Source of the DNA: Gemmatimonadales bacterium
GTDB lineage: Bacteria; Gemmatimonadota; Gemmatimonadetes; Gemmatimonadales; GWC2-71-9
Length of the DNA: 64,000 nt
Direction: 5' to 3'
Assembly: GCA_037189525.1 (NCBI GenBank)
Contig: JBBCJC010000002.1
Location: 896,001-960,000, forward strand
In this document: positions 37,507 to 48,190 of the stretch, in pieces
Numbering within the stretch: position 1 is the stretch's first letter
Layout of the letters: every line of letters starts with the position of its first letter
Translations under genes and position numbers: made by a program
Notes under the pieces: generated by a model
The model's input: only the letters and a program-made list of their open reading frames with translations
The model's database searches: none
Told to the model about the DNA's origin: nothing

Positions 37507-39552
37507 ATGAAGGTCTACGGCTCGGACGCAGTTCGGAACGTGGCGGTCGTCGGCCACGGATCCGCTGGAAAGACGACGCTGGTCGACGCTCTCGCCTTCG
37601 TTTCAGGCTCGATCAAGCGACACGGTTCGATCAAGGAAGGCAACACGCTCACCGATACCTCACCCGACGAAATCGAACGACAACACTCCATTACGCTGGG
37701 GCTCGGCTTTGCCGAGTGGATGGATACCAAGATCAACCTGCTGGACACGCCGGGTTATCTCGAATTCTATGGTGACGTCGCGGCCGCGCTGGCGGTGGCG
37801 GATGCGGCGATCGTCGTGTTGAGCGGCACCAGCGGCGTCGAAGTGGGGACCGAGAAGGTCTGGGCCTTCTGCGATCATCATCACTTGCCGCGCATCCTGT
37901 TCGTCTCACAGATGGACAAGGAGCATGCCGACTTCGGGCGGGTCTTCGACGATGTGCGCGATCATCTGACGCCCAAGGTGCTGCCGGTGGAGATTCCCGT
38001 CGGTGACGGGCCGAACTTCACCGGAATCATCAATCTGTTTACCGGGACCTACCAGCGCTTCGCGCCCGGCTCCAAGGCCGGCGAGTTCGAAGAGGGGCCG
38101 ATTCCCGAGGAGTACCGGGACACGTTCGGACGGTACATGGAGCAGTTCACCGAGACGATTGCCGGGACCGACGACACCCTGATCGAGAAGTTCCTGTCGG
38201 GAGACGCGCTGTCGCGCGAGGAGATCGTTCCGGCCCTCAAGCGCGCCATGCTGGCGGGGGAGATCGTACCGCTGTTCTGCGGCAGCGGCGACCGCTTGCT
38301 GGGGATCAGGACGCTGCTGACCGAGCTGGTCGAGTTGCTGCCCTCGCCGCTCGAGGCGCCGAAGCCGGCCGACGGTCCTCTGGTGGGGCGGGTCTTCAAA
38401 ATCGTATCCGAACCGCATGTCGGCGACATCAGCCTGTTCCGGCTCTACAGTGGCGGAGTCAAGAACGGCGCCGATGTCTGGAATCACGAACACAACGTGG
38501 CCGAGCGATTGGGGCATCTCTCGGTCCAGCAGGGGCGGGACCGGCTGGAAGTTGCGGAGCTTGCGGCAGGCGATATCGGGTCCGTCGCCAAACTCAAGGA
38601 CACCCATACCAACGATACTTTCTGTCATCGTGACCACCCTGTACATCTCGATCCGATCGAGTTCCCGGATGCGGAAGCCACCTCGGCCGTGCTGGTCAAG
38701 CAGCGGGGTGAGGAGGACAAGCTCGCGGGCGGATTGCACAAGCTGCACGAGGAGGATCCGACTTTCCACTTCGAGTACAATTCCGAACTGGGACAAACCC
38801 TGATCCACGGCCTGGGTGAGCGGCATTTCGAGGTGATCCTCGGCCGGCTGGCGCGCAAGTACGGCGTCCATGCGGAGCTGGTGCGCCCACGGATTGCCTA
38901 TCGGGAAACCATCAAGGGAACGGCGGAGGGGCAGGGCAAGCACAAGAAGCAATCCGGAGGGCGGGGTCAGTATGGTGACTGCTGGATTCGTCTGGCGCCT
39001 CGGCCGCGGGGGGCGGGATACGAATTTGTCGACAAGATTGTCGGCGGCGTGATTCCGGGGAAGTACATCCCTGCCGTCGATCGCGGTGTGCAGGAAGCGG
39101 CTGAGCGAGGCGCGCTGGCCGGCTATCCCCTGGTGGATTTCCGGGTCGAGTGTTTCGACGGGAGTTACCACGACGTCGATTCCAACGAGATGTCATTCAA
39201 GATGGCCGGGATTCTCGCGTTTCGAACCGTGGCATCCAAGGCGAGCCCCGTGCTGCTCGAACCGATCGTGCAGATCGAGGTCGACACGCCGAGCGAACTG
39301 ATGGGCGATGTTCTGGGCGATCTGACGCCGCGCCGCGGACAGGTGCAGCACACGGAAGCCGTCGGGCGGCTGACGCGGGTAACGGCACTGGTGCCCCAGG
39401 CCGAGCTGTACAAGTATTCGACCACGTTACATTCGATCACCCACGGGCGCGGCACCCATCGGGAGCGATTCCACGGGTATGCCGAGGCACCGCCGCACAT
39501 TGCCGCCAAAGTCGCCGCGGAGAATGCAGACAGACGAACCAGTGAAGCATGA
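37507..39552 (+). CDS. Elongation factor G paralogue (EF-G2-like)
   Basis: GHGSAGKTT, DTPGY, GLGERH, KKQSGGRGQYG, DGSYHDVDS; G motifs diverge from canonical EF-G. Confidence 0.92.
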   Translation: MKVYGSDAVRNVAVVGHGSAGKTTLVDALAFVSGSIKRHGSIKEGNTLTDTSPDEIERQHSITLGLGFAEWMDTKINLLDTPGYLEFYGDVAAALAVADAAIVVLSGTSGVEVGTEKVWAFCDHHHLPRILFVSQMDKEHADFGRVFDDVRDHLTPKVLPVEIPVGDGPNFTGIINLFTGTYQRFAPGSKAGEFEEGPIPEEYRDTFGRYMEQFTETIAGTDDTLIEKFLSGDALSREEIVPALKRAMLAGEIVPLFCGSGDRLLGIRTLLTELVELLPSPLEAPKPADGPLVGRVFKIVSEPHVGDISLFRLYSGGVKNGADVWNHEHNVAERLGHLSVQQGRDRLEVAELAAGDIGSVAKLKDTHTNDTFCHRDHPVHLDPIEFPDAEATSAVLVKQRGEEDKLAGGLHKLHEEDPTFHFEYNSELGQTLIHGLGERHFEVILGRLARKYGVHAELVRPRIAYRETIKGTAEGQGKHKKQSGGRGQYGDCWIRLAPRPRGAGYEFVDKIVGGVIPGKYIPAVDRGVQEAAERGALAGYPLVDFRVECFDGSYHDVDSNEMSFKMAGILAFRTVASKASPVLLEPIVQIEVDTPSELMGDVLGDLTPRRGQVQHTEAVGRLTRVTALVPQAELYKYSTTLHSITHGRGTHRERFHGYAEAPPHIAAKVAAENADRRTSEA

Positions 39553-40210
39553 ATCGGAGTCGGAGACGCCGCGACCCCTCATCATCGGGGTCGTGGGCGG
39601 CTCCGGTTCCGGTAAGACGACGGTGGCGCGCGCTATCTATGGGGCGTTGGGTCTCGATGCGGCGTTCATCGATCAGGATGCCTATTATCGCGATCTGGCC
39701 CATCTGCCGATGGCCGAACGCGTCAAACTCAACTTCGATCATCCCGAAGCTTTCGATACCGATCTCCTGATCCGTCACCTGGAGGCGATTCGGCGCGGGG
39801 CGCCCGTGTCCAAGCCGACCTACGATTTTGCGGCGCACACCCGGGCGGCGCAGACGGTGCTGATCGAGCCCAAGGAGATCGTCATCGTCGACGGCATCAT
39901 GCTGTTTGCGGACCAACGGATTCGCGACCTGCTCGACATCAAGATTTACGTGGATGTGGCGGACGATATCCGTTTCATCCGCCGGCTGGAGCGGGACGTG
40001 GCCGAGCGGGGGCGCACGATGGCGGGGGTGATTCGTCAGTATCTCGACACCGTGCGTCCGATGCACCTCGAGTTCGTCGAGCCGTCGAAGCGGTACGCCG
40101 ATGTGATCCTTCCGCAGGGCGGGCACAATCAGGTCGGGGTCGACATGATCCTCGCCAGGGTGTTCATGGAGTTGGCGCGCCGGCGCCAGCGCGCCGACCT
40201 GCCGAGCTAG
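39524..40210 (+). CDS. udk: Uridine kinase
   Basis: GGSGSGKTT, QDAYY, NFDHPEAFD, RDVAERGR, EPSKRYAD. Confidence 0.95.
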   Translation: MQTDEPVKHESESETPRPLIIGVVGGSGSGKTTVARAIYGALGLDAAFIDQDAYYRDLAHLPMAERVKLNFDHPEAFDTDLLIRHLEAIRRGAPVSKPTYDFAAHTRAAQTVLIEPKEIVIVDGIMLFADQRIRDLLDIKIYVDVADDIRFIRRLERDVAERGRTMAGVIRQYLDTVRPMHLEFVEPSKRYADVILPQGGHNQVGVDMILARVFMELARRRQRADLPS

Positions 40211-41298
40211 GGAATGACGCCGATGGCTTGGGAGACGGTGCGGTAGACAGCCGTTTCCGCAGCGACGAATTCCTCGAACTCCCGGCCGGTGAGCAGAAAC
40301 GGGCGCAGTCCGTTTCGGGCGAGCAGGGCATTCCACTCGGGCGATTTGGCCACGCGAGTCAGTCGCTCGACCCAGTGATCGTAGACCTCGTCCGGAACCC
40401 CGGGCGGGGCGTAGAATCCGCGCCAGACTTCCCACGACACCGGCACCCCTTGTTCGCGCGCGGTCGGCACATCGGCCAGCGGACCGGATCCTCGGGTATC
40501 ACCCAGGACGGCCAGGACGCGGACCTCCTTGGAATCGAACTGGCGCCGGATCTCCGAAATTTCTCCGGGGAAGAGCTGGATGCCGTCCGACCGCAGCGAG
40601 TCGATGGCTTCCGCGGGGCGGTTGAGCGGCAGATAGCGAACCGCCCGGAGGTCGATGCCCGCAACCTCGGCCAGCAGCAAAACTTTGACGTGGTCCTGTC
40701 CTCCCGCGACCGAGACGCCGCCGGTGATCACCTTGTCGGGGTTGGCGCGCCAATAGCGAATCAGGTCCGGGAGCGTGCGCCACGGCGCGTTCGCCCGGAC
40801 GGCGAGCACGCTGGGCTCGGCGCCCACGGCCGCGAGCCACCGCACGTCGCGCTCCGTCAGCGTACCGTAATGTTGCTGGGCGAGGCCGAGTAAGGTGGAG
40901 GGGCTGGCGGCGATGACAGTCTGCTGATCGCCGCGCATCTCGGCGACCACGCGCGCAAAGGCGACCCCGCCGCCTTCTCCGGCGATGTTGATGGTTCGCA
41001 TCGAGGTCGAATCCGGCTCGGCCAGGGCAATAGCCTCCGCCATGGCGCGGCAGGTGAAGTCCCATCCGCCGCCGGGATTGGCCGGGGCAATACAGGTGGA
41101 CCCGGCCTTCGATTCGGATGCGCATCCGGCGAGACCGACGATGAGCCCGGCCCAGAAGACCGCCCGACCCAGACGTGACCCTGTCGGATGGGCGCGAGGT
41201 GTTGCAGGGGCGGACGCTGAAACGGTCCGCAGGGGGTTGCAGGACAGGGGGCCGGTCGACACGCTCGGCAATTTAGAAGCCCGGTCGCGGCGACGCAA
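40207..41298 (-). CDS. Tripartite tricarboxylate transporter substrate-binding protein (TctC/Bug), lipoprotein; true start probably nearer 41170
   Basis: Lipobox LAGC; CIAPANPGGGWDFTCR, GGQDH, VPTAREQG, WRGFYAP. Confidence 0.88.
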   Translation of the reverse strand: MRRRDRASKLPSVSTGPLSCNPLRTVSASAPATPRAHPTGSRLGRAVFWAGLIVGLAGCASESKAGSTCIAPANPGGGWDFTCRAMAEAIALAEPDSTSMRTINIAGEGGGVAFARVVAEMRGDQQTVIAASPSTLLGLAQQHYGTLTERDVRWLAAVGAEPSVLAVRANAPWRTLPDLIRYWRANPDKVITGGVSVAGGQDHVKVLLLAEVAGIDLRAVRYLPLNRPAEAIDSLRSDGIQLFPGEISEIRRQFDSKEVRVLAVLGDTRGSGPLADVPTAREQGVPVSWEVWRGFYAPPGVPDEVYDHWVERLTRVAKSPEWNALLARNGLRPFLLTGREFEEFVAAETAVYRTVSQAIGVIP

Positions 41299-41485
41299 AA
41301 CGCCGGATGGCGTTCGTCACTGGCTGCGCATAGATGTCCTGCCGGTTGACCGTGCCGTCCGGACCGGACGACAGTTGCATCTGGCGGCAGGGTTATTATC
41401 TGATACGGCATGGCGGCGTCGGGGCGGGTGAAGGGGAACGCTGCCGCCGGTTGTCGTTGCGGGTCCATCACTCCGGATCGATTCT

Positions 41486-42178
41486 ATGCGGCTTCTCCTG
41501 GTGGAAGACGACGAGGCGTTGTCCGAGACGCTGGCGGGCGGCCTGCGGGAGCAGGCGTATGCCGTGGATGCGGTGGCAGACGGTGAAGCCGCGTTGTCGT
41601 ACAGCCGGATCACGCCGTATGACGTGATCGTCCTCGACATCAACATCCCGCGGCTGGACGGTCTGACGCTCTGCCGGACCTTGAGGAGTGACGGATCGGC
41701 GGTGCGGATCCTGATGCTGACGGCGCGTGCGAGCACGGCAGATCGGATTCGGGGGCTCGACAGCGGCGCGGACGACTATCTCGCCAAGCCGTTCGAATTC
41801 GAGGAACTGCTGGCGCGGCTTCGGGCCTTGCTGCGCCGGCGAGGCGATCAGGTCGATCCGGCGCGCGTCACGCTGGTCGATCTGGAGATCGACTTCGATG
41901 CGCAGCAAGTCAGCCGAGGTGGCGTAGCCATCGATCTGACGACCAAGGAATACACTCTCCTTGCCTATCTGGCCCGGCATGTGGGCAAAGTCATCGGCCG
42001 TGCGGAGCTGACGGAGCACGTCTGGGACGACAATCACGATCCGGGGACCAACGCGGTCGAGGTGTACATCAATCGTCTCCGGAAGAAGATCGATACGTCG
42101 GGAGTACCGTTGATCCATACCCGTCGTGGGGCGGGATACTACCTGGCGCTGCCGGACGGGCGATCGGTCGGGCCCTAG
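41486..42178 (+). CDS. OmpR-family response regulator
   Basis: LLVEDD, LDINIP, LTA, DDYLAKPF, VYINRLRKK, TRRGAGY. Confidence 0.95.
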   Translation: MRLLLVEDDEALSETLAGGLREQAYAVDAVADGEAALSYSRITPYDVIVLDINIPRLDGLTLCRTLRSDGSAVRILMLTARASTADRIRGLDSGADDYLAKPFEFEELLARLRALLRRRGDQVDPARVTLVDLEIDFDAQQVSRGGVAIDLTTKEYTLLAYLARHVGKVIGRAELTEHVWDDNHDPGTNAVEVYINRLRKKIDTSGVPLIHTRRGAGYYLALPDGRSVGP

Positions 42179-42179
42179 C

Positions 42180-43667
42180 ATGGCGGGTCGCGCGCCGCTG
42201 CTCCGATCGCTTCGGACCCGTCTGGCCCTCTGGCATGCCGGCACGCTGGGTCTGGTCCTGATCATCTTCGCGGCGGCGACCTGGGCGTATCTGGAGCGGA
42301 TCACGCAGGAGCGGGTGGATCAGTCGCTCGCCGATGCGGTCCGGTCGTTCTATCAGGCGGTTCTGGCCGAAGTGCAGGAAGGAACCCCGCCCGAAGATGC
42401 GGCGGCCAAGGCAGCTCGAGAATTTCGATTCAGCGAGCGGCGGGTGCTCGTGTACGGCAGCGGCCATCGCCTGATTGCGGTATCCGACTCGGCCAACGAC
42501 GTCCTGACACGGGCCATCTCCGCGATCGAAGACGCCGACGACTCACCGATCCATCCGCTGTTTGCCTCGCTGATTCCCGGCAGCTCCGCATATGCCATGG
42601 TTGGCGACGCGGGCGAACCGATTCGCAGCTATGCGCGGAGCGTGCCGGTTGCCGGCGAATATCTCACCATCGTCGCGTTGCAGCTGGGACTCTCCGAGCG
42701 GCTGATCGTGGCCACCTTCTGGCAGGCTGCGCTGGTCGCGATTCCGCTCGCGCTCCTGGTGGCCGGTGTCGGCGGGTATCTCCTGGCGCGGCGCAGTTTC
42801 GATCCGGTCGTGACCATGGGGCGTGAGGTGGCCGCGATCGATTCCGAACATCTCGCGGCCCGGGTCAGGGTTCGCGGGAGCGGCGACGAAATGGACGAGC
42901 TGGCCGCGGTCTTCAATGACATGCTGGCCCGACTCGAGCGATCATTCGTCCAGCAGCGCCAGTTCATGGCGGATGCCTCGCACGAACTGCGCACGCCGGT
43001 GGCGAGCCTCAGAGCGGCCGCCGACATCGCGCTGTCGCAGCCGCGCTCGGCGGCGGAGTACACGGCGGCGCTTCGCCATGTTCGGGACGAGGCGAGGCAC
43101 CTGAGCGATACCGTGGCCGACGTCTTTACCCTGGCCCGTCTCGACGACGAAGAACACGTTCTACATCGCGAAGAATTCTTTCTCGAAGAGATCGTGATGC
43201 GCTCTGTCAGCGCCATCTATCCGCTGGCGCAGGAGCGCGGGCAGCGACTGCAGTTCACGCCGTCACGTGAAGCCCGGTGCGAAGGGGAACCGCTGCTGAT
43301 CGAGCGGCTGGTGAGCAACCTCCTGGACAACGCCATCAAGTATACGCCGGCCGGCGGAGAGGTCCGGGTCGAACTCGATGGTGAGCCCGGCTGGCATATC
43401 GTGCGCGTCGGGAACGAGGGAGAGGGCATTCCTCCCGAGGCGCAGGCGCACATTTTCGATCGCTTCTATCGCGCCGATGCCGCTCGGACTCGATCGGGCA
43501 GCCGGCCCGGCGGAGCGGGGCTCGGTCTTGCGATTGCATGGAAGATTGCCCGCGCGCACGGCGGCTCGCTGGAGCTGACTGCATCGGACGGTCTGGCCAC
43601 GGTTCTCACGTTTCGTCTTCCCGCCCATCATCGACCCGTCACGGTCGTTAATCCTGTGTCTAGGTAA
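42180..43667 (+). CDS. Sensor histidine kinase (2 TM, HAMP, HisKA, HATPase)
   Basis: ASHELRTP, NLLDNAIKY, FDRFYR, GAGLGL. Confidence 0.95.
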   Translation: MAGRAPLLRSLRTRLALWHAGTLGLVLIIFAAATWAYLERITQERVDQSLADAVRSFYQAVLAEVQEGTPPEDAAAKAAREFRFSERRVLVYGSGHRLIAVSDSANDVLTRAISAIEDADDSPIHPLFASLIPGSSAYAMVGDAGEPIRSYARSVPVAGEYLTIVALQLGLSERLIVATFWQAALVAIPLALLVAGVGGYLLARRSFDPVVTMGREVAAIDSEHLAARVRVRGSGDEMDELAAVFNDMLARLERSFVQQRQFMADASHELRTPVASLRAAADIALSQPRSAAEYTAALRHVRDEARHLSDTVADVFTLARLDDEEHVLHREEFFLEEIVMRSVSAIYPLAQERGQRLQFTPSREARCEGEPLLIERLVSNLLDNAIKYTPAGGEVRVELDGEPGWHIVRVGNEGEGIPPEAQAHIFDRFYRADAARTRSGSRPGGAGLGLAIAWKIARAHGGSLELTASDGLATVLTFRLPAHHRPVTVVNPVSR

Positions 43668-43783
43668 CGCACCCTAGATTCTCGCTCCTGGCTCTCATTC
43701 GATCATCGGCGTACCTGCTATCGGCGACAATCCGGTGCGCCCATCGCGGCATTCCACTCCTTTCCCTGCCGGGAGACGACCGC

Positions 43784-46700
43784 ATGTCGAACTGTACTCC
43801 GTTCGTCGCGACGCTGGTCCTTGCCATCCAATTCCAGGCGGCGCTTGGTGCGTCGCAGGCGCTCAGCGCGACTTCGACCGCCGGTGGGCCTGCTCCGCCG
43901 GCGGTTTCGCGTGTCTTTGCCGGGACGGTCGCCGGCAAGGTGACCGATGAGCGGACGGGTGAAGCGATCGTCGGCGTCCACGTTTCCGTCGTCGGCACCG
44001 CGTTGGCGACGGTAACGGATGCGAACGGCCAGTATCGCATCACCGGGGTGGCGGCGGGGAATGTGATGCTCCGGCTCCGCCGGATCGGATATCAGGCGCC
44101 GCCCGATCGTCCGATCACGGTCGTCGATAACGGGACAGTGACGGTCGACTTTACCCTTGCCATGGCGCCGCTCTCGCTCGACGCGCTGGTCGTGACCGGC
44201 ACGCCGGGCGGAACCCAGGTCCGAGCCATCGGCAATGCCGTCGATCGTCTCGATATGGCGGCCGCTGCGGAGCTGTCGCCGGCGGTCAACGTTCAACAGC
44301 TGCTGGGCCAGCGGAGTACGGGGGTCATCAGTCTCCCCAACTCGGGCATGGTCGGCACCGGCTCGGCGATCCGGATTCGGGGCGCTGTTTCGCTCTCCCT
44401 GACCAGCCAGCCGCTGATCTATGTCGACGGCGTGCGGGTCGACAACAATCCATCGGCGGGACCGAACATCCGGCAGGGTCGCCAGGCCTCCCGGCTCAAT
44501 GACTTCGATCCGGAAGACATCGAGTCGATGGAGATCATCAAGGGCCCCGCCGCCGCAACGCTCTACGGGACCGAAGCATCGAACGGGGTCATCCAGATCA
44601 TCACCAAGCGCGGCAAGAGCGGTAAGCCGGAATTGTCCGTGACGGCGCGCGAAGGCCGCAACTGGCTCAACAACGCCGAGCAGCGGTTACGGTACGTCTA
44701 TGGGGTCAACCCGAATACGCAGCAGGTCGACAGCGTCAACCTGATTGCCCATTGGCGCAGCCTCACGGGCGAGGAAATCTTCACCACCGGCGCCATGCAC
44801 GGGGTCGACGCGAGCCTGAGCGGCGGAACCGACGCGGTCCGCTACTACGTCTCGGGTGATTATCTCGATAACACCGGCCTGGTCGACTACAACTGGCAGA
44901 AGAATGCCGGTCTCCGGGCCAACATGTCGCTGCTGCCGTCGAGCAACTGGTCCGTCAACGTGACGACTGCCTTTGCCCGCAACGAAACCCGGTTTGCGCA
45001 GGCAGCGGATCAGTTCGGGGTCTGGGAAATGCTGGTGTATGGATCGCCGGCTCTGTTCAACTCGGCGACGCAGGGGTTCCGCTACGCCAACCCGACGGTG
45101 GCATCGCAGGTCGATTCCCGTTCCAAGATCAACCGCTTTACGGGCGGTGTCGAGATCAAGCACGAACCGTTGCCGTGGCTGACCCACCAGCTCAAGGCCG
45201 GCGCCGACATCGGCATGACCACCAATCAGATTCTGTTTGCCCGACCCGCGGCGGAGTACGCCACGTTTTACGGCGCCCGGTCGGTTGGCGAAAAGACACT
45301 GGAACAGGTCAACGCGAACTATACCACGCTCGACTACGCGATTACCGCCAAGGCCCCGCTGTTCGGCTTCGAGACCTCCACGTCGGTCGGTGCGCAGTAC
45401 TATCGCAAGCAAACCACCTTCACCAGCGAATTCGGCCGGAACTTCCCGACGGCCGATGTGACGACCATCGGTGGCGCCGCGACCACGCAGGCCGGCGAAG
45501 ACTACGTCGAGAACAAGACCCTCGGCTTCTATGTGCAGGAGCAGCTCGGCTGGAAGGATCGCCTCTATCTGACCGCGGCGCTGCGTGGCGACGGGAACAG
45601 CGCCTTCGGCCGCGACTTCAAGGCAGCCTACTATCCCAAGTTCAGCGCGACGTGGGTCCTGTCGGACGAACCGTTCTTCAATGTCGGCGCGGTCAACACC
45701 GTACGGCTCCGCGGTGCCTGGGGACAAGCCGGCCAGCAGCCGGACGCGTACGACGCGGTCACGCTGTACGCTCCCTCCACCGGCCCCGGCGACTCGCCGA
45801 TCGTTACGCCAGGCTCGCTCGGCAATCCGACGCTCAAGCCGGAGCGGAGTACCGAACTCGAGTTGGGGATTGACCTCGGGTTCTGGAACGACCGGGTCAC
45901 GGCGACCTACACCCGGTACGACCGGCGGACGCGAGATGCCATCGTGCGCCAGCCGGTGCTTCCCTCGGAAGGGTTCCCGGGTGTCCGCGTCGTCAACCTG
46001 GGTGAGGTCAAGGCGTGGGGCAACGAACTCAGCGTCAACGCCCGCGTGCTCGAAGGGAACACGCTGAGCTGGGATCTCGGCGTCAACTACGCCACGGCCA
46101 AGAACCGGATCGAGAGCCTGGGCGGGCTGCCGCCCATCGTGCTTAGCGCGTCGCAGGAACATCGCGTGGGGTATCCGGTCGGCGGGAGCTGGTCGCAGAA
46201 AGTGCTGAGCGCGAGCTTCACGCCGACCGGCGCGCCGACCAATGCGATGTGTGACGGCGGGGTCGAGGCCAATCATGCGCCGGTGCCGTGCGCGGACGCG
46301 CCCAAGGTGTACTGGGGGCAGCCGACGCCCACCTGGCAGGGAAGCGTGATCAACACGTTCACCGTGATGCGGAATCTCCGCTTGTCTGCGCTGGTCGACT
46401 TCCAGGGCGGCATGCTGTACGAAGACGGCGAAATTCAGGCCGGGCATCAGAACTTCCGCAACACCGCCCAGTCCAATCGGGGCGACGACCCGATCTTCGC
46501 GGCGTATCAGACGCTGGTGCCGCGGGCGCCGCTCGGCTTCTTCGATGCCGGATTCGCGAAGCTGCGCGAGTTGTCCGTGAGCTACACGGTTCCGTCCTCA
46601 GTGGTACGGCGTTTCGGGATGCAGCGAGCCTCGATCAGTGGCGCCTGGCGTAACGTCGGATTGGTCTGGCAGGCGCAGGACCAGATCTGGGGAACCAAGC

Positions 46701-46807
46701 TGTTCGATTCGGAGATGCGCACGCCGGGCTCGGAATTGGGCAGCCGGTACCAGACGATGATTCCTCCTGCTTCGCAGGTCGTGTTCACCCTGCGGACCTC
46801 CTTCTGA
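43784..46807 (+). CDS. SusC/RagA-family TonB-dependent receptor
   Basis: PLIYVDGV, DIESMEIIKGPAAATLYG..ASNGVI.IITKRG, GNPTLKPE, C-terminal Phe. Confidence 0.95.
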   Translation: MSNCTPFVATLVLAIQFQAALGASQALSATSTAGGPAPPAVSRVFAGTVAGKVTDERTGEAIVGVHVSVVGTALATVTDANGQYRITGVAAGNVMLRLRRIGYQAPPDRPITVVDNGTVTVDFTLAMAPLSLDALVVTGTPGGTQVRAIGNAVDRLDMAAAAELSPAVNVQQLLGQRSTGVISLPNSGMVGTGSAIRIRGAVSLSLTSQPLIYVDGVRVDNNPSAGPNIRQGRQASRLNDFDPEDIESMEIIKGPAAATLYGTEASNGVIQIITKRGKSGKPELSVTAREGRNWLNNAEQRLRYVYGVNPNTQQVDSVNLIAHWRSLTGEEIFTTGAMHGVDASLSGGTDAVRYYVSGDYLDNTGLVDYNWQKNAGLRANMSLLPSSNWSVNVTTAFARNETRFAQAADQFGVWEMLVYGSPALFNSATQGFRYANPTVASQVDSRSKINRFTGGVEIKHEPLPWLTHQLKAGADIGMTTNQILFARPAAEYATFYGARSVGEKTLEQVNANYTTLDYAITAKAPLFGFETSTSVGAQYYRKQTTFTSEFGRNFPTADVTTIGGAATTQAGEDYVENKTLGFYVQEQLGWKDRLYLTAALRGDGNSAFGRDFKAAYYPKFSATWVLSDEPFFNVGAVNTVRLRGAWGQAGQQPDAYDAVTLYAPSTGPGDSPIVTPGSLGNPTLKPERSTELELGIDLGFWNDRVTATYTRYDRRTRDAIVRQPVLPSEGFPGVRVVNLGEVKAWGNELSVNARVLEGNTLSWDLGVNYATAKNRIESLGGLPPIVLSASQEHRVGYPVGGSWSQKVLSASFTPTGAPTNAMCDGGVEANHAPVPCADAPKVYWGQPTPTWQGSVINTFTVMRNLRLSALVDFQGGMLYEDGEIQAGHQNFRNTAQSNRGDDPIFAAYQTLVPRAPLGFFDAGFAKLRELSVSYTVPSSVVRRFGMQRASISGAWRNVGLVWQAQDQIWGTKLFDSEMRTPGSELGSRYQTMIPPASQVVFTLRTSF

Positions 46808-46861
46808 TCGGAGGCCATCATGATCCCGACCTTATCGACGGCTTCCGGAGAGACCGCAGCC

Positions 46862-48124
46862 ATGACACACCGGATTCGATCGGCTCGCCGCGGCGCGGCG
46901 GCCGCTGCTCTGATGCTCTCGACCCAGCTGCTGGCGGCCTGCGGCGGCATTCTCGATGTGGACCTGCCCGGACGTGTGCGCGAAGAATCGCTCGACAATC
47001 CCGTGCTCGCCCCGACGCTCGTCAATAGCGCCCAGGCCGATTTCGAATGCGCTTACGGCGAGTTCGTCTACAGTACCGGCGCCTGGGCCAACGAGTTCCT
47101 GAACAGTTCGGGCGGCGCAGAAGTGATCGGCTGGGGGGCTCGACTACCGAACTACGAATCGGGCAACGGAACCTGCCAGACCACGACATCGACCCGCGGG
47201 GCGTTTGCAGTGTACCTGCCACTGCAGATCGCCCGTAGCCAGGCGGACGGAGCCATCGCCCGCCTCGAGGGCTTCACGGATGCGCAGGTGGCCAATCGGG
47301 CCCTGCTGATTGCCACGGCGGCGCTGTACAGCGGCTTTACCCATGCGCTGCTGGGCGAAGCGTACTGCGAAATGGCGCTCTCGCCGACCGAGCCGCTGGT
47401 GTCGCGTACGCAGGTACTGACTCGCGCCGAGGAGCGATTTACCAAGGCGATCGAGACGGCCACCTCGGTGACCGGTGCAAACGCGACCAACGTCTTGAAT
47501 GCGGCGCGGGTCGGCCGAGCTCGGGTGCGTCTCGGTCTCAACCGGCTCACCGAGGCGGCGACCGATGCCGCGCTGGTGCCGGCGAATTTCGTGTACAACG
47601 CCACCTATTCCGGCGCTACCTTCCGGAGGAACAATCCGGTCTTTCTCGTCAACAATGCCAACTTCCATCTTTCCGTGGCGCCGGAGTATCGGGGTCTCAC
47701 GGTCGACGGAACGGCCGATCCGAGAGTGCCGGTCACCAATGCCAACCGTCAGGGTCAGGACGCACTGACGCCGCTCTGGCTCCAGGGCAAGTACACGGCC
47801 ATCACCTCGCCGATTCCGCTCGCGACCTGGGACGAAGCGCAGTTGATTCTGGCCGAGGCTCGTGGTGGTCAGGAGGCCGTCGATGCGATCAATCGGATTC
47901 GCGCGCGGTATTCGCTACCGGCGTTCGGCGGAGGCGATGCGGAGACGATTCGCGCCCAGATCATCGAGGAACGCCGCCGAACGCTGTTCCTGACCGGGCA
48001 TCGCGTGGGTGATCAGCTGCGTTACGGTATTCCCTTTGCGACCGGTACCAACCAGAAGGGTGTGGCGTACGGTGTGGCAACCTGCCTGCCCTTGCCGCCC
48101 GCCGAGAGTGACGCACGAGGCTAA
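46862..48124 (+). CDS. SusD/RagB-family lipoprotein
   Basis: Lipobox LAAC; AINRIRAR, EERRRTLFLTGHR; follows SusC. Confidence 0.9.
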   Translation: MTHRIRSARRGAAAAALMLSTQLLAACGGILDVDLPGRVREESLDNPVLAPTLVNSAQADFECAYGEFVYSTGAWANEFLNSSGGAEVIGWGARLPNYESGNGTCQTTTSTRGAFAVYLPLQIARSQADGAIARLEGFTDAQVANRALLIATAALYSGFTHALLGEAYCEMALSPTEPLVSRTQVLTRAEERFTKAIETATSVTGANATNVLNAARVGRARVRLGLNRLTEAATDAALVPANFVYNATYSGATFRRNNPVFLVNNANFHLSVAPEYRGLTVDGTADPRVPVTNANRQGQDALTPLWLQGKYTAITSPIPLATWDEAQLILAEARGGQEAVDAINRIRARYSLPAFGGGDAETIRAQIIEERRRTLFLTGHRVGDQLRYGIPFATGTNQKGVAYGVATCLPLPPAESDARG

Positions 48125-48190
48125 CATCGTCAGGTGTGCAGAGCCGGCGCCGGGGGTCGAACCCGGCATCGGCGCCACCGCAACCTCAGG

